A stretch of 64,000 nt of DNA from Burkholderiales bacterium (GTDB lineage Bacteria; Pseudomonadota; Gammaproteobacteria; Burkholderiales; SG8-39). Shown here one piece after another: positions 42,741-52,098 of the stretch (the first letter of the stretch is position 1; the number at the start of each line of letters is the position of its first letter). Both the position numbers and the translations under genes were made by a program. The notes beneath the pieces are model-generated. The model had not been told where the DNA came from. It made no database searches and was given only the letters and a program-made list of their open reading frames with translations. The stretch covers positions 6,036 through 70,035 of the forward strand of contig DASSQD010000030.1 in assembly GCA_035702665.1 (NCBI GenBank). Reading direction: 5' to 3'.

Positions 42741-42819
42741 CTGGGAGGCACGAAAAGTTCCGCGATCTTACCTCTTGTTCAACCCTTGCGCTTACAATCT
42801 CCCGACACGGAGGTTATCC

Positions 42820-43335
42820 ATGGCGGAACTCAAGTCGGTCAGCCTCAAGGAAGTTTCCGACGGCATCGCGAAGAGCGTCAAGCCGGTGAGCATCCTGTGG
42901 CAGGCGGCCGACACCATCGCCTTCGTCGCGCGCGGCCGCGCCGGGAGAAGCGAATTCCACTCCGACCCGAGCGACGAGGTGATGTACATGATCAAGGGCG
43001 ACATGAGCCTGCATTACCTCGACGGCGCCGGCGCGGAGAAGGTGGCGGTCATCCGCGAGGGCGAGATCATCTACTGTCCTGCGGGAACGCCGCACTCGCC
43101 GCGCTTTGCGCGCGACGCCTACGTGCTCGTGCTCGAAAGGAAGCGCCGCGCCGGCGAGCGGGACAAGTTCTCGTGGTACTGCGAGAAATGCCGCGAGCCG
43201 CTGTTCGAGTCGGTGAAGGTCGTGTCCGACTACCGAGAAGACCCGGTGTCGCGGGTCTACGAGGAGTTCTATTCGGAGGAGAAGCACCGCACCTGCGGCA
43301 AGTGCGGGCACGTGACGGCGAGGCCGGCGAGCTAG
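42820..43335 (+). CDS. 3-hydroxyanthranilate 3,4-dioxygenase (cupin) with C-terminal rubredoxin-like Cys4 site
   Basis: ATG 42820, with GGAGG 6 nt upstream. [16 protein letters not shown]...PAGTPHSP cupin motifs. CEKC...CGKC. Confidence 0.8.
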   Translation: MAELKSVSLKEVSDGIAKSVKPVSILWQAADTIAFVARGRAGRSEFHSDPSDEVMYMIKGDMSLHYLDGAGAEKVAVIREGEIIYCPAGTPHSPRFARDAYVLVLERKRRAGERDKFSWYCEKCREPLFESVKVVSDYREDPVSRVYEEFYSEEKHRTCGKCGHVTARPAS

Positions 43336-43511
43336 CCTGCTCTTAGCTGCTCAGGTCCTTCGTCGTCGGGGCGGTTATCTCCCGCCTCCGCCAGCGGTCG
43401 CTCGAGGACCTTCGGGCCGAGGGTCGCCTTGACGGCGTCGGCAAGCATGTTGACGCCGGCGAACATCTTATATCGCGCGAGTTCGTGAAAACGGATGGAT
43501 TTCGCAGACAT
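43332..43511 (-). pseudogene. groEL N-terminal remnant
   Basis: [35 protein letters not shown] matches the first ~35 aa of GroEL (compare [35 protein letters not shown] at 5826). It then diverges and stops after 59 codons. Confidence 0.45.
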
Positions 43512-43701
43512 GTTTCGCCCGTGAGAATGGGTGGAAGCCGCTCTGTTCGAGCGGCCAGGGAAGAACGGCGGCGCCGATGGCGCGGTCATCGTTCGTCTGG
43601 AATGCCGCTGGTCTGCGGAACTGGCCACTACGTACTACGGTGCGAGTGCTATGATACTGACCGGTAACTCTCATGTCAATCGGAGACTGCACGTGACCCA
43701 A

Positions 43702-44331
43702 ATGTCAGGAGCCAACGGGCGATCGCGCCCCCTGTCTTCCCGGAAGCGGGACACGAACCGGCCGAGCGCTCGCAAGCGCATCTTCGACACGGCGTCGGAG
43801 CTCTTCTACGCTAGGGGGATTCGCGCGGTCGGAGTGGAGACGATCGCGGCAGAGGCCGACACGACGAAGATGAGCCTCTACAGGAACTTTCCCTCCAAGG
43901 ACGAGCTGGTCGCCGAATGGCTGCGCGAGCACGACGCGAGGTTCTGGAAGAGGTGGGAAGCGATGGCGAGCCGCTATCCCAGTGATCCCCGCAGGCAGAT
44001 CCACGCCGCGTTCGGCCTGCTCGCCAAGCATGTCGCCGACCCCGCGGCCCGAGGCTGTCCCATGGCGAACGCTGCGGTGGAGATCACCGAGAGGGATCAC
44101 CCCGCGAGAAAAGTGATCGAGGCGCACAAGGCGAAGCTGCGCAGCCGGCTTGTCCAGATTTGCATTCGCATAGGCGTCGCCGAGCCGCGGCTCCTGGCGG
44201 ATCAGCTGTTTCTCCTGATGGAAGGGGCGCAGGTCACCACGCAGACGCTGGGCGTGCACGGACCGGCTAGAAACATCGCCCGCTCCGCGAAGGTGCTGAT
44301 CGATCTGCACTTGCGGGCCCGTCATCGCTAG
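43702..44331 (+). CDS. TetR/AcrR-family transcriptional regulator
   Basis: ORF 43531..44331 trimmed to ATG 43702. HTH IFDTASELFYARGIRAVGVETIAAEADTTKMSLYRNFPSKDEL. Confidence 0.8.
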   Translation: MSGANGRSRPLSSRKRDTNRPSARKRIFDTASELFYARGIRAVGVETIAAEADTTKMSLYRNFPSKDELVAEWLREHDARFWKRWEAMASRYPSDPRRQIHAAFGLLAKHVADPAARGCPMANAAVEITERDHPARKVIEAHKAKLRSRLVQICIRIGVAEPRLLADQLFLLMEGAQVTTQTLGVHGPARNIARSAKVLIDLHLRARHR

Positions 44332-44358
44332 CTGGATCCCTATTCGGAGGAGCATCGA

Positions 44359-44700
44359 ATGAATGCCAAGCACCCCGTGCCCGAAGTGACCGACGCACTT
44401 GCGAGCATAGAGACGCAGCGCCTGGGAAGAGAAAAGCGCCTCGGTGTGCCGGCCTCGTGCGGCTGGGCGCTGCGCGAACTGTACGGGCTCCTCGGCAGCG
44501 GTGAGGGAGTTCCGGAGACGGCTGTCGAAAGCGCCGCGCACGCGGCGAACGTCGCGGCCGCAATCGGTGCGATCGAGAGGCTGAGAAGCCTCGCCCGGAT
44601 GGCAGGCCAGCGCGTGATGCTGCAGGGCAAACGAAAAGCGCGGCTGCGAAGGTTCTGGCGCGACGCGCGATCCTCTCCGTCTTCGAGGTCCTGCACGTGA
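44359..44700 (+). CDS. Hypothetical protein (113 aa)
   Basis: ORF track with strong SD GGAGGAG 7 nt upstream. No family recognised. Competing antisense ORFs exist. Confidence 0.4.
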   Translation: MNAKHPVPEVTDALASIETQRLGREKRLGVPASCGWALRELYGLLGSGEGVPETAVESAAHAANVAAAIGAIERLRSLARMAGQRVMLQGKRKARLRRFWRDARSSPSSRSCT

Positions 44701-44742
44701 AGCCCCTCCGCACCGGGTTCTTTCTCGCTGACGGGCGCGCGT

Positions 44743-45717
44743 CTACATCTTCAGGATGCGCTCCGCGTTGCCGTGCGCGATCTTCTCGCGGTCGGCGTCG
44801 CTGATCGAGAGCTTCCTCAGGAATTCGATTCCCGTGGTATTGGCCTCGTAGGGCCAGTCGACCGCGAAGAGGATGCTGTCCGCGCCGAGCGCGAGCAGCG
44901 TGCATAGGAACGCGGGCTCGTACCAGTTGCCGCTGGTGGTGACGAGCAGATTGTCGCGCAGGTAGTCGATTGGCTGCCGCTTCAGGCCCCGCCTCGCGGC
45001 GGCGCGCGCGGTGTGGTCGTTCAGGCGGTGCATGGCGAAGGGCAGGCCCTCGCCCAGGTGCCCGAGGATGAATTTCAGCCTCGGGTAGGCGTCGAACACG
45101 CCGGCGAAGACGATACGCAGGAAATGGCAGCTCGTGTCGATCGCGAACCCCCAGCCGGCGCGCGCGAGCTCCTCGCAGCCCTTGAAATAGGAGTTCATGG
45201 CATCCGGATGCGCGAGCGTCGGGTGCAGGTAGATCGGTACGTCGAGCGCCTGCGCGGATTCGAAGATCGGCCAGTATTTCCTGTCGTCGAGGAAGCTCCC
45301 TTGCGTGTGGCCGTGGATCATTGCGCCCTTGAAGCCGAGTTTCGAGACGCAACGCTCGAGCTCCGCCGCCGAAGCTTCGGGGTCCGCGGTGGGAAGCGCC
45401 GCGAAGGCGGCGAAGCGGTCGGGACGGGCCTTGACCGCCGCGTGCGCGCGGTCGTTCGCGTCCCTGGCCATCGGGATCGCCACGTCGGCGCCGAATCCTT
45501 GAGGCCCGGGCGAGCCGAAGGAGAGAACCTGCATGTCGACGCCGGCCGCGTCCATGTGCGCGAGCCGGCTCGCGCCGAGGTCGGAATTCTCCGCGACGAT
45601 GTCGTGGCCGATCTGCTCGCTGCGCGAAGTGAGATAGAAGTTGCGGAACTCGTTCGCCGCGACCTTCTCGCGGTACATCGGAGTGATAAAGTGCTCCTCG
45701 ATGGCGATCGTCTTCAT
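44743..45717 (-). CDS. Amidohydrolase_2 (ACMSD-type) family protein
   Basis: 324 aa. IAIEEHF N-terminus and the typical family layout. Confidence 0.8.
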   Translation of the reverse strand: MKTIAIEEHFITPMYREKVAANEFRNFYLTSRSEQIGHDIVAENSDLGASRLAHMDAAGVDMQVLSFGSPGPQGFGADVAIPMARDANDRAHAAVKARPDRFAAFAALPTADPEASAAELERCVSKLGFKGAMIHGHTQGSFLDDRKYWPIFESAQALDVPIYLHPTLAHPDAMNSYFKGCEELARAGWGFAIDTSCHFLRIVFAGVFDAYPRLKFILGHLGEGLPFAMHRLNDHTARAAARRGLKRQPIDYLRDNLLVTTSGNWYEPAFLCTLLALGADSILFAVDWPYEANTTGIEFLRKLSISDADREKIAHGNAERILKM

Positions 45718-46949
45718 GGCTGCTTCCCTTTCGGCAATCTGTCAGCTCCGCGCTCATAGCGGCCGATCGCGGCCGCGCTCGCCAAGCCTACGGCGGCGCA
45801 GCCGAGCATCACCCACAGCGCTGCGTCCCAGGAGCCGCCGTAGGTGACGCTCGCGGCGACGAGCGGCGGCCCGAAGAATATCCCGATATGCGTGACGTTG
45901 ACGATCAGCCCCTGGATCGAGCCGAACTCGGCGGGGGAGCGCGCGTAGCGCATCCCGGCGGAGAGCGCGGCGGCGGGCACCATCCCGGTGATAAAGCTGT
46001 AGAACACCGCGAGCGCGTAGCGCAGGGCATCGGGCAGGCCTGATGAGAAGATGCCGACGAAGGCGAGGCTCGTCACTGCGAAGGTCGCGGCGATGATGCG
46101 TCCGCGCGGGATGTCGTGCTGGATCAGCCAGCCGCCGAGGACGTTGCCGAAGCAGTTGGCGAACACGGCGAGCGCGGTGAGGAGGGCCGCCACGGCGCCC
46201 GCCAGTCCGCGCGTGTCGAGGAGGTAGGTCGGCAGCCACACGATCAGCGCCATGTGCTGGATGGCATACGCCGCAAAGGCGAGGCCGAGGAGCCAGGGCA
46301 CGGGCTGCGCGAGCGATTGTCGGAGGCTCGCGAGCGACCTGTGGCCGCCCGCCGATCCCGCGTAAGAGCGCGACTGCGAAAGGAGCAGCGCTGCGCACGC
46401 GGCAGCGGCGATCCCGACCAGAACCCACACACCGCGCCAGCCGAACCCCGGGAGAAGGAGCGGGCTCGAGGCGACCACCAGGCTCACTCCCAACGGCAGG
46501 TAGGTCGACCACAGTCCGAAAGCGACTCCGCGGCGATCCGGCGCAGTCGCTGCCGCTATCAGGCCCGGAGCGGACACGACCACTGCGAGAAATCCCAGGC
46601 CTTCGACGAGGCGCGAGGCGATCAGCCACCCGGCTCCGTGGACGAAAGCGCCGAGCGCGCTAGCCGCGCCGATGGCGAGCACGCCCGCGACGCAGAAGCG
46701 CAGCGCGCCGATCCGGTCGGCGAACACGCCGAAGGCAATGGCACCGGTCGCGGCGATCGCGTTGAAGGACGACACCAGCCACCCCGACTGGATCAGCGTG
46801 AGGCCGAACTCCTCCTTCAGCAGCGGCAGCGCCGGCGACATCTTGCCGAAGGCGCAAGCGCCGACGACTCCGGCGAAAATCGCCGCGAACACCGCGGGCC
46901 AGCGCGTCGCCGCGCGTGCGGCCGTCGACACGCCTTGGGAGATATCCAT
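45714..46949 (-). CDS. MFS transporter
   Basis: ORF 45714..47309 trimmed to ATG 46949. 12 predicted TM segments by eye. Stop overlaps the downstream ATG (ATGA). Confidence 0.8.
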   Translation of the reverse strand: MDISQGVSTAARAATRWPAVFAAIFAGVVGACAFGKMSPALPLLKEEFGLTLIQSGWLVSSFNAIAATGAIAFGVFADRIGALRFCVAGVLAIGAASALGAFVHGAGWLIASRLVEGLGFLAVVVSAPGLIAAATAPDRRGVAFGLWSTYLPLGVSLVVASSPLLLPGFGWRGVWVLVGIAAAACAALLLSQSRSYAGSAGGHRSLASLRQSLAQPVPWLLGLAFAAYAIQHMALIVWLPTYLLDTRGLAGAVAALLTALAVFANCFGNVLGGWLIQHDIPRGRIIAATFAVTSLAFVGIFSSGLPDALRYALAVFYSFITGMVPAAALSAGMRYARSPAEFGSIQGLIVNVTHIGIFFGPPLVAASVTYGGSWDAALWVMLGCAAVGLASAAAIGRYERGADRLPKGKQP

Positions 46950-47055
46950 GGGGACTCGAAGATCGCGGGCAAGCTTACACGAAACCCGCGCGCGCTCCGC
47001 GAGAGCGCTTGCGCGTCGATCGGAGTTGGGCAATAGTGGCGGCACAGGGGGAACC

Positions 47056-47892
47056 ATGAGAAGAGCATTGCTCGCTGCCGCGGCGGCTTTGTTTTCCGTC
47101 TCTCCTGCGCGCGCGCAGACCGACGTTCTGATCGAGATCGACAGAGGGCGGACCGAGGGCGTCTTCTCGAAATCGCCGGTGTTCCAGCGGGCGATCATGA
47201 CAAAGCCGGCCAAGCCCACCGATACGGCGCTCCTCTTCTTCCGGGGCTTCCCGGGCATCGCGCGAATCCAGTCCGTGGGAGACAAGCAGCGCAACCTGCA
47301 GCCCTTCATGAGGATGAATCAGCGGGTCTTCGCGGACGAAGGCATCGCCCTGGTGATCATGGATTGCCCGACCGACCAGTGGAGCATGGCCGGGGACCGC
47401 CCGACCGGCTGCCTCGACGGCTATCGCTCGTCGAAAGAGCACGCCGACGACGTGAGAAGCGTGATTGCCAAGCTCAGGGACGAGCACGGCTACTCGAAGA
47501 TCTACGTGATGGGACACAGCTTCGGAACCATCAGCTCGAGGTGGCTGGCGAAGAACCTCGGTCGCGAGATCAGCGGCAGCATTCATTCCGCGTCGATGAA
47601 CGGGCCGAATCGGCAAGGGTGGGCTACGTCGCTTTACGGCTTTGCCTACGAATCCATCGCCGCCCCGGTCCTCCACGTTCACAACGAGGGCGACGCCTGT
47701 CCGGGCACGCCGTACTCGGTCGTAAAGGCGTATGCCGGCGACAACCTGGTGACCGTGCGCGGCGGCGTGCCGGGTGGCGATCCCTGCGGCGGCACGCACC
47801 TGCACTCCTATCAGGGGCGAGAGGAAGTCACCGTCAGGGCGATCATCTCCTGGATCAAGACCGGGAAGGTCGACCGGCTCGTCGGGGAATGA
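47056..47892 (+). CDS. Secreted alpha/beta-hydrolase-fold protein
   Basis: ORF 46672..47892 trimmed to ATG 47056 (GGGGGA SD). Signal peptide ending ARAQ. GHSFG nucleophile elbow. Confidence 0.6.
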   Translation: MRRALLAAAAALFSVSPARAQTDVLIEIDRGRTEGVFSKSPVFQRAIMTKPAKPTDTALLFFRGFPGIARIQSVGDKQRNLQPFMRMNQRVFADEGIALVIMDCPTDQWSMAGDRPTGCLDGYRSSKEHADDVRSVIAKLRDEHGYSKIYVMGHSFGTISSRWLAKNLGREISGSIHSASMNGPNRQGWATSLYGFAYESIAAPVLHVHNEGDACPGTPYSVVKAYAGDNLVTVRGGVPGGDPCGGTHLHSYQGREEVTVRAIISWIKTGKVDRLVGE

Positions 47893-47983
47893 GAGCGCAG
47901 GTGGCGGGCCCGAGGGCGGATTTCACGGCCGGGCACCCATGACATTTGCATGACGGGGTGGAGACCCCTAACATGGCCGCGCC

Positions 47984-48562
47984 ATGCTGAGCAAACGGGA
48001 CCTGAAGCGCGCGGTAAGGCACGGCGAGCGCGACCTGCGCGCCGCCGGCGGAGACATGCTGAGCCAGCTGAGCCCGCACAACATCGTGCGCGACGCGCGC
48101 GACCTGGCGCTCAAGTTCGCGCGCGACGAGGTGCTGCACTCGTATATCGGCCCGCGCATCTGGGCGGTGATCGGCGTGGTGCTGGTCTTCGTCCTCGTCT
48201 CCTCGGTGTGCGCGATCGACGTCATGATCAAGACGGGACGCTTCGTGCCCGGCATCGTCGCGCTGCTCCTCGGGGCGGCCGCCTGGGCCGGCGGCGTGGT
48301 CGGCCAGATCTACGTGTTCGCGATCTGGCTGGAGGGGCGGGCCGTGCAGAGGGATCGCGGCGAGCGGGGCATCGACATGCGGATGCCCGCCGGGTTCCTG
48401 GCCTACCTCAAGTACAGCCGGGCGCTGGTTCCCTGGATACTGGTCACCGTGTGCGTCGCGCTGCCGCTCCTGGCGATGGCGCTGCGCGTCCCGGTGGTCG
48501 CCCTGCTGCTTCTCGCCGCGTCGGCGCTCGCTCCGTTCCTCTTCAGGAAATTCGCCGACTGA
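47984..48562 (+). CDS. Hypothetical membrane protein (about 4 TM)
   Basis: ORF track. No family recognised. Confidence 0.5.
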   Translation: MLSKRDLKRAVRHGERDLRAAGGDMLSQLSPHNIVRDARDLALKFARDEVLHSYIGPRIWAVIGVVLVFVLVSSVCAIDVMIKTGRFVPGIVALLLGAAAWAGGVVGQIYVFAIWLEGRAVQRDRGERGIDMRMPAGFLAYLKYSRALVPWILVTVCVALPLLAMALRVPVVALLLLAASALAPFLFRKFAD

Positions 48563-48578
48563 GGCCGCGCGCGGCCCG

Positions 48579-50501
48579 TTAGGGCAAGGCGCGCGCCGCC
48601 TTCAGCCCGCCCGACCGGTACGCGCGGCTCGCCTCCTCGTAGTAGCTGATCGCTTCGTCGAGCAGCTGGGCGGAGCGCGCGTCCTCCTTGCGCGGCCGGC
48701 CGGTCGCGGCGTCGACGACGCGGTAGCGTCCCTTCGGCTTCAGCTCGATGACGATTCCATCCCGGTAGTAGCCCACGGTCTGGTAGTTGGCGAAGAGCGC
48801 GCGCTGGTGCTTCACGCCATCGCGGAGGACATCGTGCCCGAAGAAGCGGGAGCGGTAGCTGAAGTCGAGCATGCCGAGCAGCGTCGGGCCGACGTCGATC
48901 TGCGATGCGACGGCGTCGACTCGGCCGGGCGGCACGTGCCCCGGCGAGTACACGATCAGCGGGATGTGGTAGTTCTCGGGCGGCAGCTCGGTGCGGCCGC
49001 GGCCCTTGTGGGTGTGGTCGGCGACGATCGCGAACAGGGTGTGCGCGAACCACGGCCGCGCGCGCGCGCGGTCGATGAACTGGCCGATCGCGAAGTCGGT
49101 GTACTTCACCGCGCCCTCGCGCGTTCCCGGCGGGATGTCGATGCGTCCGGCGGGGTAGGCGAAGGGACGGTGGTTGGACACCGTCATGATGTGGGCGAAG
49201 AAGGGCCGGTGCGCGGCCCAGCGCTTGTCGAGCTCGGAGACCGCGAGCTTGAATAGATCCTCGTCCGCGACGCCCCAGATGTTCTCGTACGAGATGTCCT
49301 CGCTCCTGATCGAGGTGCGGTCGATCACGGTGTAGCCGTTGCCCGAGAAGAACGCCTCCATGTTGTCGAAGTAGGCGTAGCCGCCGTAGAAGTACAGCGG
49401 CTCGTAGCCCTTCTCCTTGAAGACCTCGCCCAGGCTGAAGAGCCCCTCGTTGTCGGGGCGCTTGACGATCGAGTAGCCCGGCGTCGGGGGAAACGACAGC
49501 GTCAGCGCCTCCAGCCCCCGCGCCGTGCGCGTGCCCGTCGCGTACAGGCGCGTGAACAGCAACCCCCCGCGCGCGATCGCGTCGAGCCTCGGCGTCAGCC
49601 CCTCGCGGTTGCCGAACGCGGCCATGAAATCCGCGCTCAGGGCCTCGACGGAAATCAGAACCACGTTCAGCCGCTTCTCGGGGCCGCGGCCGGCGACCTC
49701 GCGCGCGAAGGGCGCCTGCCCGGCCGCGCCGCCGAGCTCGCCCGCGAGCACGCCCGCCGCGCGGTCCGCGGGCAGGGTGCGGTAGAACCGCTCGTAGTCG
49801 ATCTCGTTGGCGCGGTAGGCGTGGAAGAAATCGAAGTAGCCGTCTCCGGCGAGCTCGTTCAGCTGGGCGTCGCCGGAGAACTCCTTGTAGCGGGCGTCGA
49901 GTGCGCCGAACGCGAGGAAAGGCGCGAGCAGCCACAGCGCCGCCGCGCGCGAGCGCGCACCCAGGGGCGCCGGCGGCGCCGACACCAGCGGCGCGACCCT
50001 GCGGAAGACCGCCCACCACAGCAGGAGGGCGACGACGCCGACGAGCGAGAGCAACAGGGGCATGTTGTACGACTCGCGGATGTTGCCGATCACCTCGTTG
50101 GTGTAGACCAGGTAGTCGACCGCGATGAAGTTGAAGCGCGAGGCGAACTCGTTCCAGAAGACCAGCTCGGACGCGGCGACGAACGCCAGGACCCCGGAGA
50201 ACACGAGGAGCGTCGGCGCGAGGACCGCCTTCAGCGCGCCGGGCCGGCGCTGCGGCCACCACGCGAGGAGCGCCGCGAGCAGCGGCACGGCGAAAGTCGC
50301 CGCGCCGAGATCGAACACGGCGCCGATCGCCATTGCCGGCAGCAGGCGCCACGGCAGGAAGAACGACGGCTCGCCGTTGTAGGCCGTGAGCGCGAGGCGC
50401 GCGAGCGCGTTGAACGCGAGGAAGACGAGGAGCAGATCCCGCAGGATCGCCAGACGGGAGGGGAACAGGACCGAGTCGATCGAGCGGAGCAGGCGGCGCA
50501 T
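48579..50501 (-). CDS. LTA-synthase/phosphoglycerol-transferase (sulfatase superfamily) membrane protein
   Basis: 640 aa. N-terminal polytopic domain plus a sulfatase domain (NVVLISVEALSADF, HTHKGRG). Confidence 0.8.
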   Translation of the reverse strand: MRRLLRSIDSVLFPSRLAILRDLLLVFLAFNALARLALTAYNGEPSFFLPWRLLPAMAIGAVFDLGAATFAVPLLAALLAWWPQRRPGALKAVLAPTLLVFSGVLAFVAASELVFWNEFASRFNFIAVDYLVYTNEVIGNIRESYNMPLLLSLVGVVALLLWWAVFRRVAPLVSAPPAPLGARSRAAALWLLAPFLAFGALDARYKEFSGDAQLNELAGDGYFDFFHAYRANEIDYERFYRTLPADRAAGVLAGELGGAAGQAPFAREVAGRGPEKRLNVVLISVEALSADFMAAFGNREGLTPRLDAIARGGLLFTRLYATGTRTARGLEALTLSFPPTPGYSIVKRPDNEGLFSLGEVFKEKGYEPLYFYGGYAYFDNMEAFFSGNGYTVIDRTSIRSEDISYENIWGVADEDLFKLAVSELDKRWAAHRPFFAHIMTVSNHRPFAYPAGRIDIPPGTREGAVKYTDFAIGQFIDRARARPWFAHTLFAIVADHTHKGRGRTELPPENYHIPLIVYSPGHVPPGRVDAVASQIDVGPTLLGMLDFSYRSRFFGHDVLRDGVKHQRALFANYQTVGYYRDGIVIELKPKGRYRVVDAATGRPRKEDARSAQLLDEAISYYEEASRAYRSGGLKAARALP

Positions 50502-50604
50502 GCAGCGCGCTATTGTTGCACCGCGCCCCGGCCTCTGTCAGCAAATCTTCAGGATTCGTCGGACGCGCTATCATGGTCCGGCCGTGCGATCAGGGGAGTG
50601 TTGG

Positions 50605-51345
50605 GTGCGTCTAGCAAAAGCCGGACTGCTGCTGCTCGTCCTCGCGGCCTGGCAGCTCGCCTCGCTCCGCGGGCTGCCGAGCTACATCCTCGCTCCCGCC
50701 GAAATCCTGCGGGACTTTGCCGCCGCGCTCGGCTCGGCCGAGATCTACCAGCACATCGGCGCGAGCCTCGCGCGCGCCCTTCCCGGCTTCGCGCTCGGCG
50801 CCGCCGCCGGCGCCGCCCTCGGCCTCGCGGCCGGCGTCGCGCGCTGGTTCGACCGGATGCTCAGCCCCGCGGTCTTCCTTTCCTACCCGGTGCCCAAGAT
50901 CGTCATGCTGCCGATCTTCATGCTGTGGTTCGGCATCGGCGACCTGTCGAAGATCCTGATCATCGCGCTCGCCTGCTTCTATCCCGTGTTCATCAACGCC
51001 TACACGGGCGCGCGGCAGACGCGCACCATTCTCGTGTGGTCCGCGCTCAACATGGGCGCCGGGCGGGCGCGCATCTTCCGCTCGGTGGTGCTGCCGAGCG
51101 CCGCCCCGATGATCTTCGCGGGCATGCGCGTGTCGCTCGCGCTGTCGTTCGTGGTGATGTTCGCCGCCGAGATGATCAACGCGCGCTCCGGCCTCGGTTA
51201 CCTGATCCGCGTCGCCGAGAATTCGCTGCGCTTCGACCTGATGTGGGTGTCGCTGCTCTCGATCGCCGTCCTCGGCTATGCCGGCGACCGGCTGCTGCGG
51301 TCGGCGCGCGCCCGGATGCTCGCCTGGCAGGGTGAAGAGCGATGA
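50605..51345 (+). CDS. ABC transporter permease (NitT/TauT/SsuC type)
   Basis: ORF 50386..51345 trimmed to GTG 50605, with GGGGAG 6 nt upstream. Start uncertain. Confidence 0.75.
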   Translation: MRLAKAGLLLLVLAAWQLASLRGLPSYILAPAEILRDFAAALGSAEIYQHIGASLARALPGFALGAAAGAALGLAAGVARWFDRMLSPAVFLSYPVPKIVMLPIFMLWFGIGDLSKILIIALACFYPVFINAYTGARQTRTILVWSALNMGAGRARIFRSVVLPSAAPMIFAGMRVSLALSFVVMFAAEMINARSGLGYLIRVAENSLRFDLMWVSLLSIAVLGYAGDRLLRSARARMLAWQGEER

Positions 51346-52088
51346 GGTTCGTCCTCGTCGCCGCAGCGCTCATCGCCTGGGAAGCCGCGGCGCGCAGCGG
51401 CCTGTGGAGCCCGCTCCTTTTCCCGTCGCTCGTCACCATCGCCTCCGAGCTGGGCGGGTTCCTGGCGAGCGGCGATTCGCTGCTCGAGGCCTGGGTGTCG
51501 CTCGAGCGCGCGCTCGGCGGCTTCGCGCTCGCCGCGGCCTGCGGCGTGCTGCTCGGCGTGCTGATGGGGCGCTCGGCCTTCGTCGCGGGGCTTCTCGATC
51601 CCCTGTTCTCGGGCACCTACGCCGTGCCGAAGCTCGCCCTTTTCCCGATCTTCGTCTTCGTGTTCGGCATCGGCAGCCTGTCGAAGATCGCGCTGGTGTT
51701 CCTCGAGTGCCTGTACCCGATCGTCATCGTGACCTACCATGGCGCGCGCGACGTCAACCGCACGCTGCTGTGGGCGGCGCAGAACATGGGCGCCTCGCGC
51801 GCCGCGATCCTGCGGCGCGTGGTGATTCCGGCCACTGCGCCTTTCGTCTTCGCCGGCTTCCGCGTCGCGGTGCCGGTGGCGATGATCGTGGTGGTGATCA
51901 CCGAGATGGTGAGCTCGGCGGACGGGCTGGGCTACCTCGTGATCTACGCGCTCTCCTCGCTGAAGACCGCCCGCATGCTGGCCGTGGTGGCGGTCATCGC
52001 CGCGCTCGGCTATGCGCTGGACCGCGCGGTCGTGCTGCTGCGCGACAGGTTGATATACTGGGAGAGGCTCGACACCTATTTCGTATGA
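51342..52088 (+). CDS. ABC transporter permease (NitT/TauT/SsuC type), second copy
   Basis: ORF track. ATG overlaps the previous stop (ATGA). Paralogous to the preceding permease. Confidence 0.8.
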   Translation: MRFVLVAAALIAWEAAARSGLWSPLLFPSLVTIASELGGFLASGDSLLEAWVSLERALGGFALAAACGVLLGVLMGRSAFVAGLLDPLFSGTYAVPKLALFPIFVFVFGIGSLSKIALVFLECLYPIVIVTYHGARDVNRTLLWAAQNMGASRAAILRRVVIPATAPFVFAGFRVAVPVAMIVVVITEMVSSADGLGYLVIYALSSLKTARMLAVVAVIAALGYALDRAVVLLRDRLIYWERLDTYFV

Positions 52089-52098
52089 AGAGGACCCC

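Noticed and set aside
42793-42798. TACAAT upstream of the 3-hydroxyanthranilate dioxygenase gene, and TGcTATGAT at 43647-43655 upstream of the TetR gene, as sigma-70 promoters.
   Set aside because: No convincing -35 element sits at proper spacing for the first. The second depends only on an extended -10. Both are plausible but were left unannotated for lack of corroboration.
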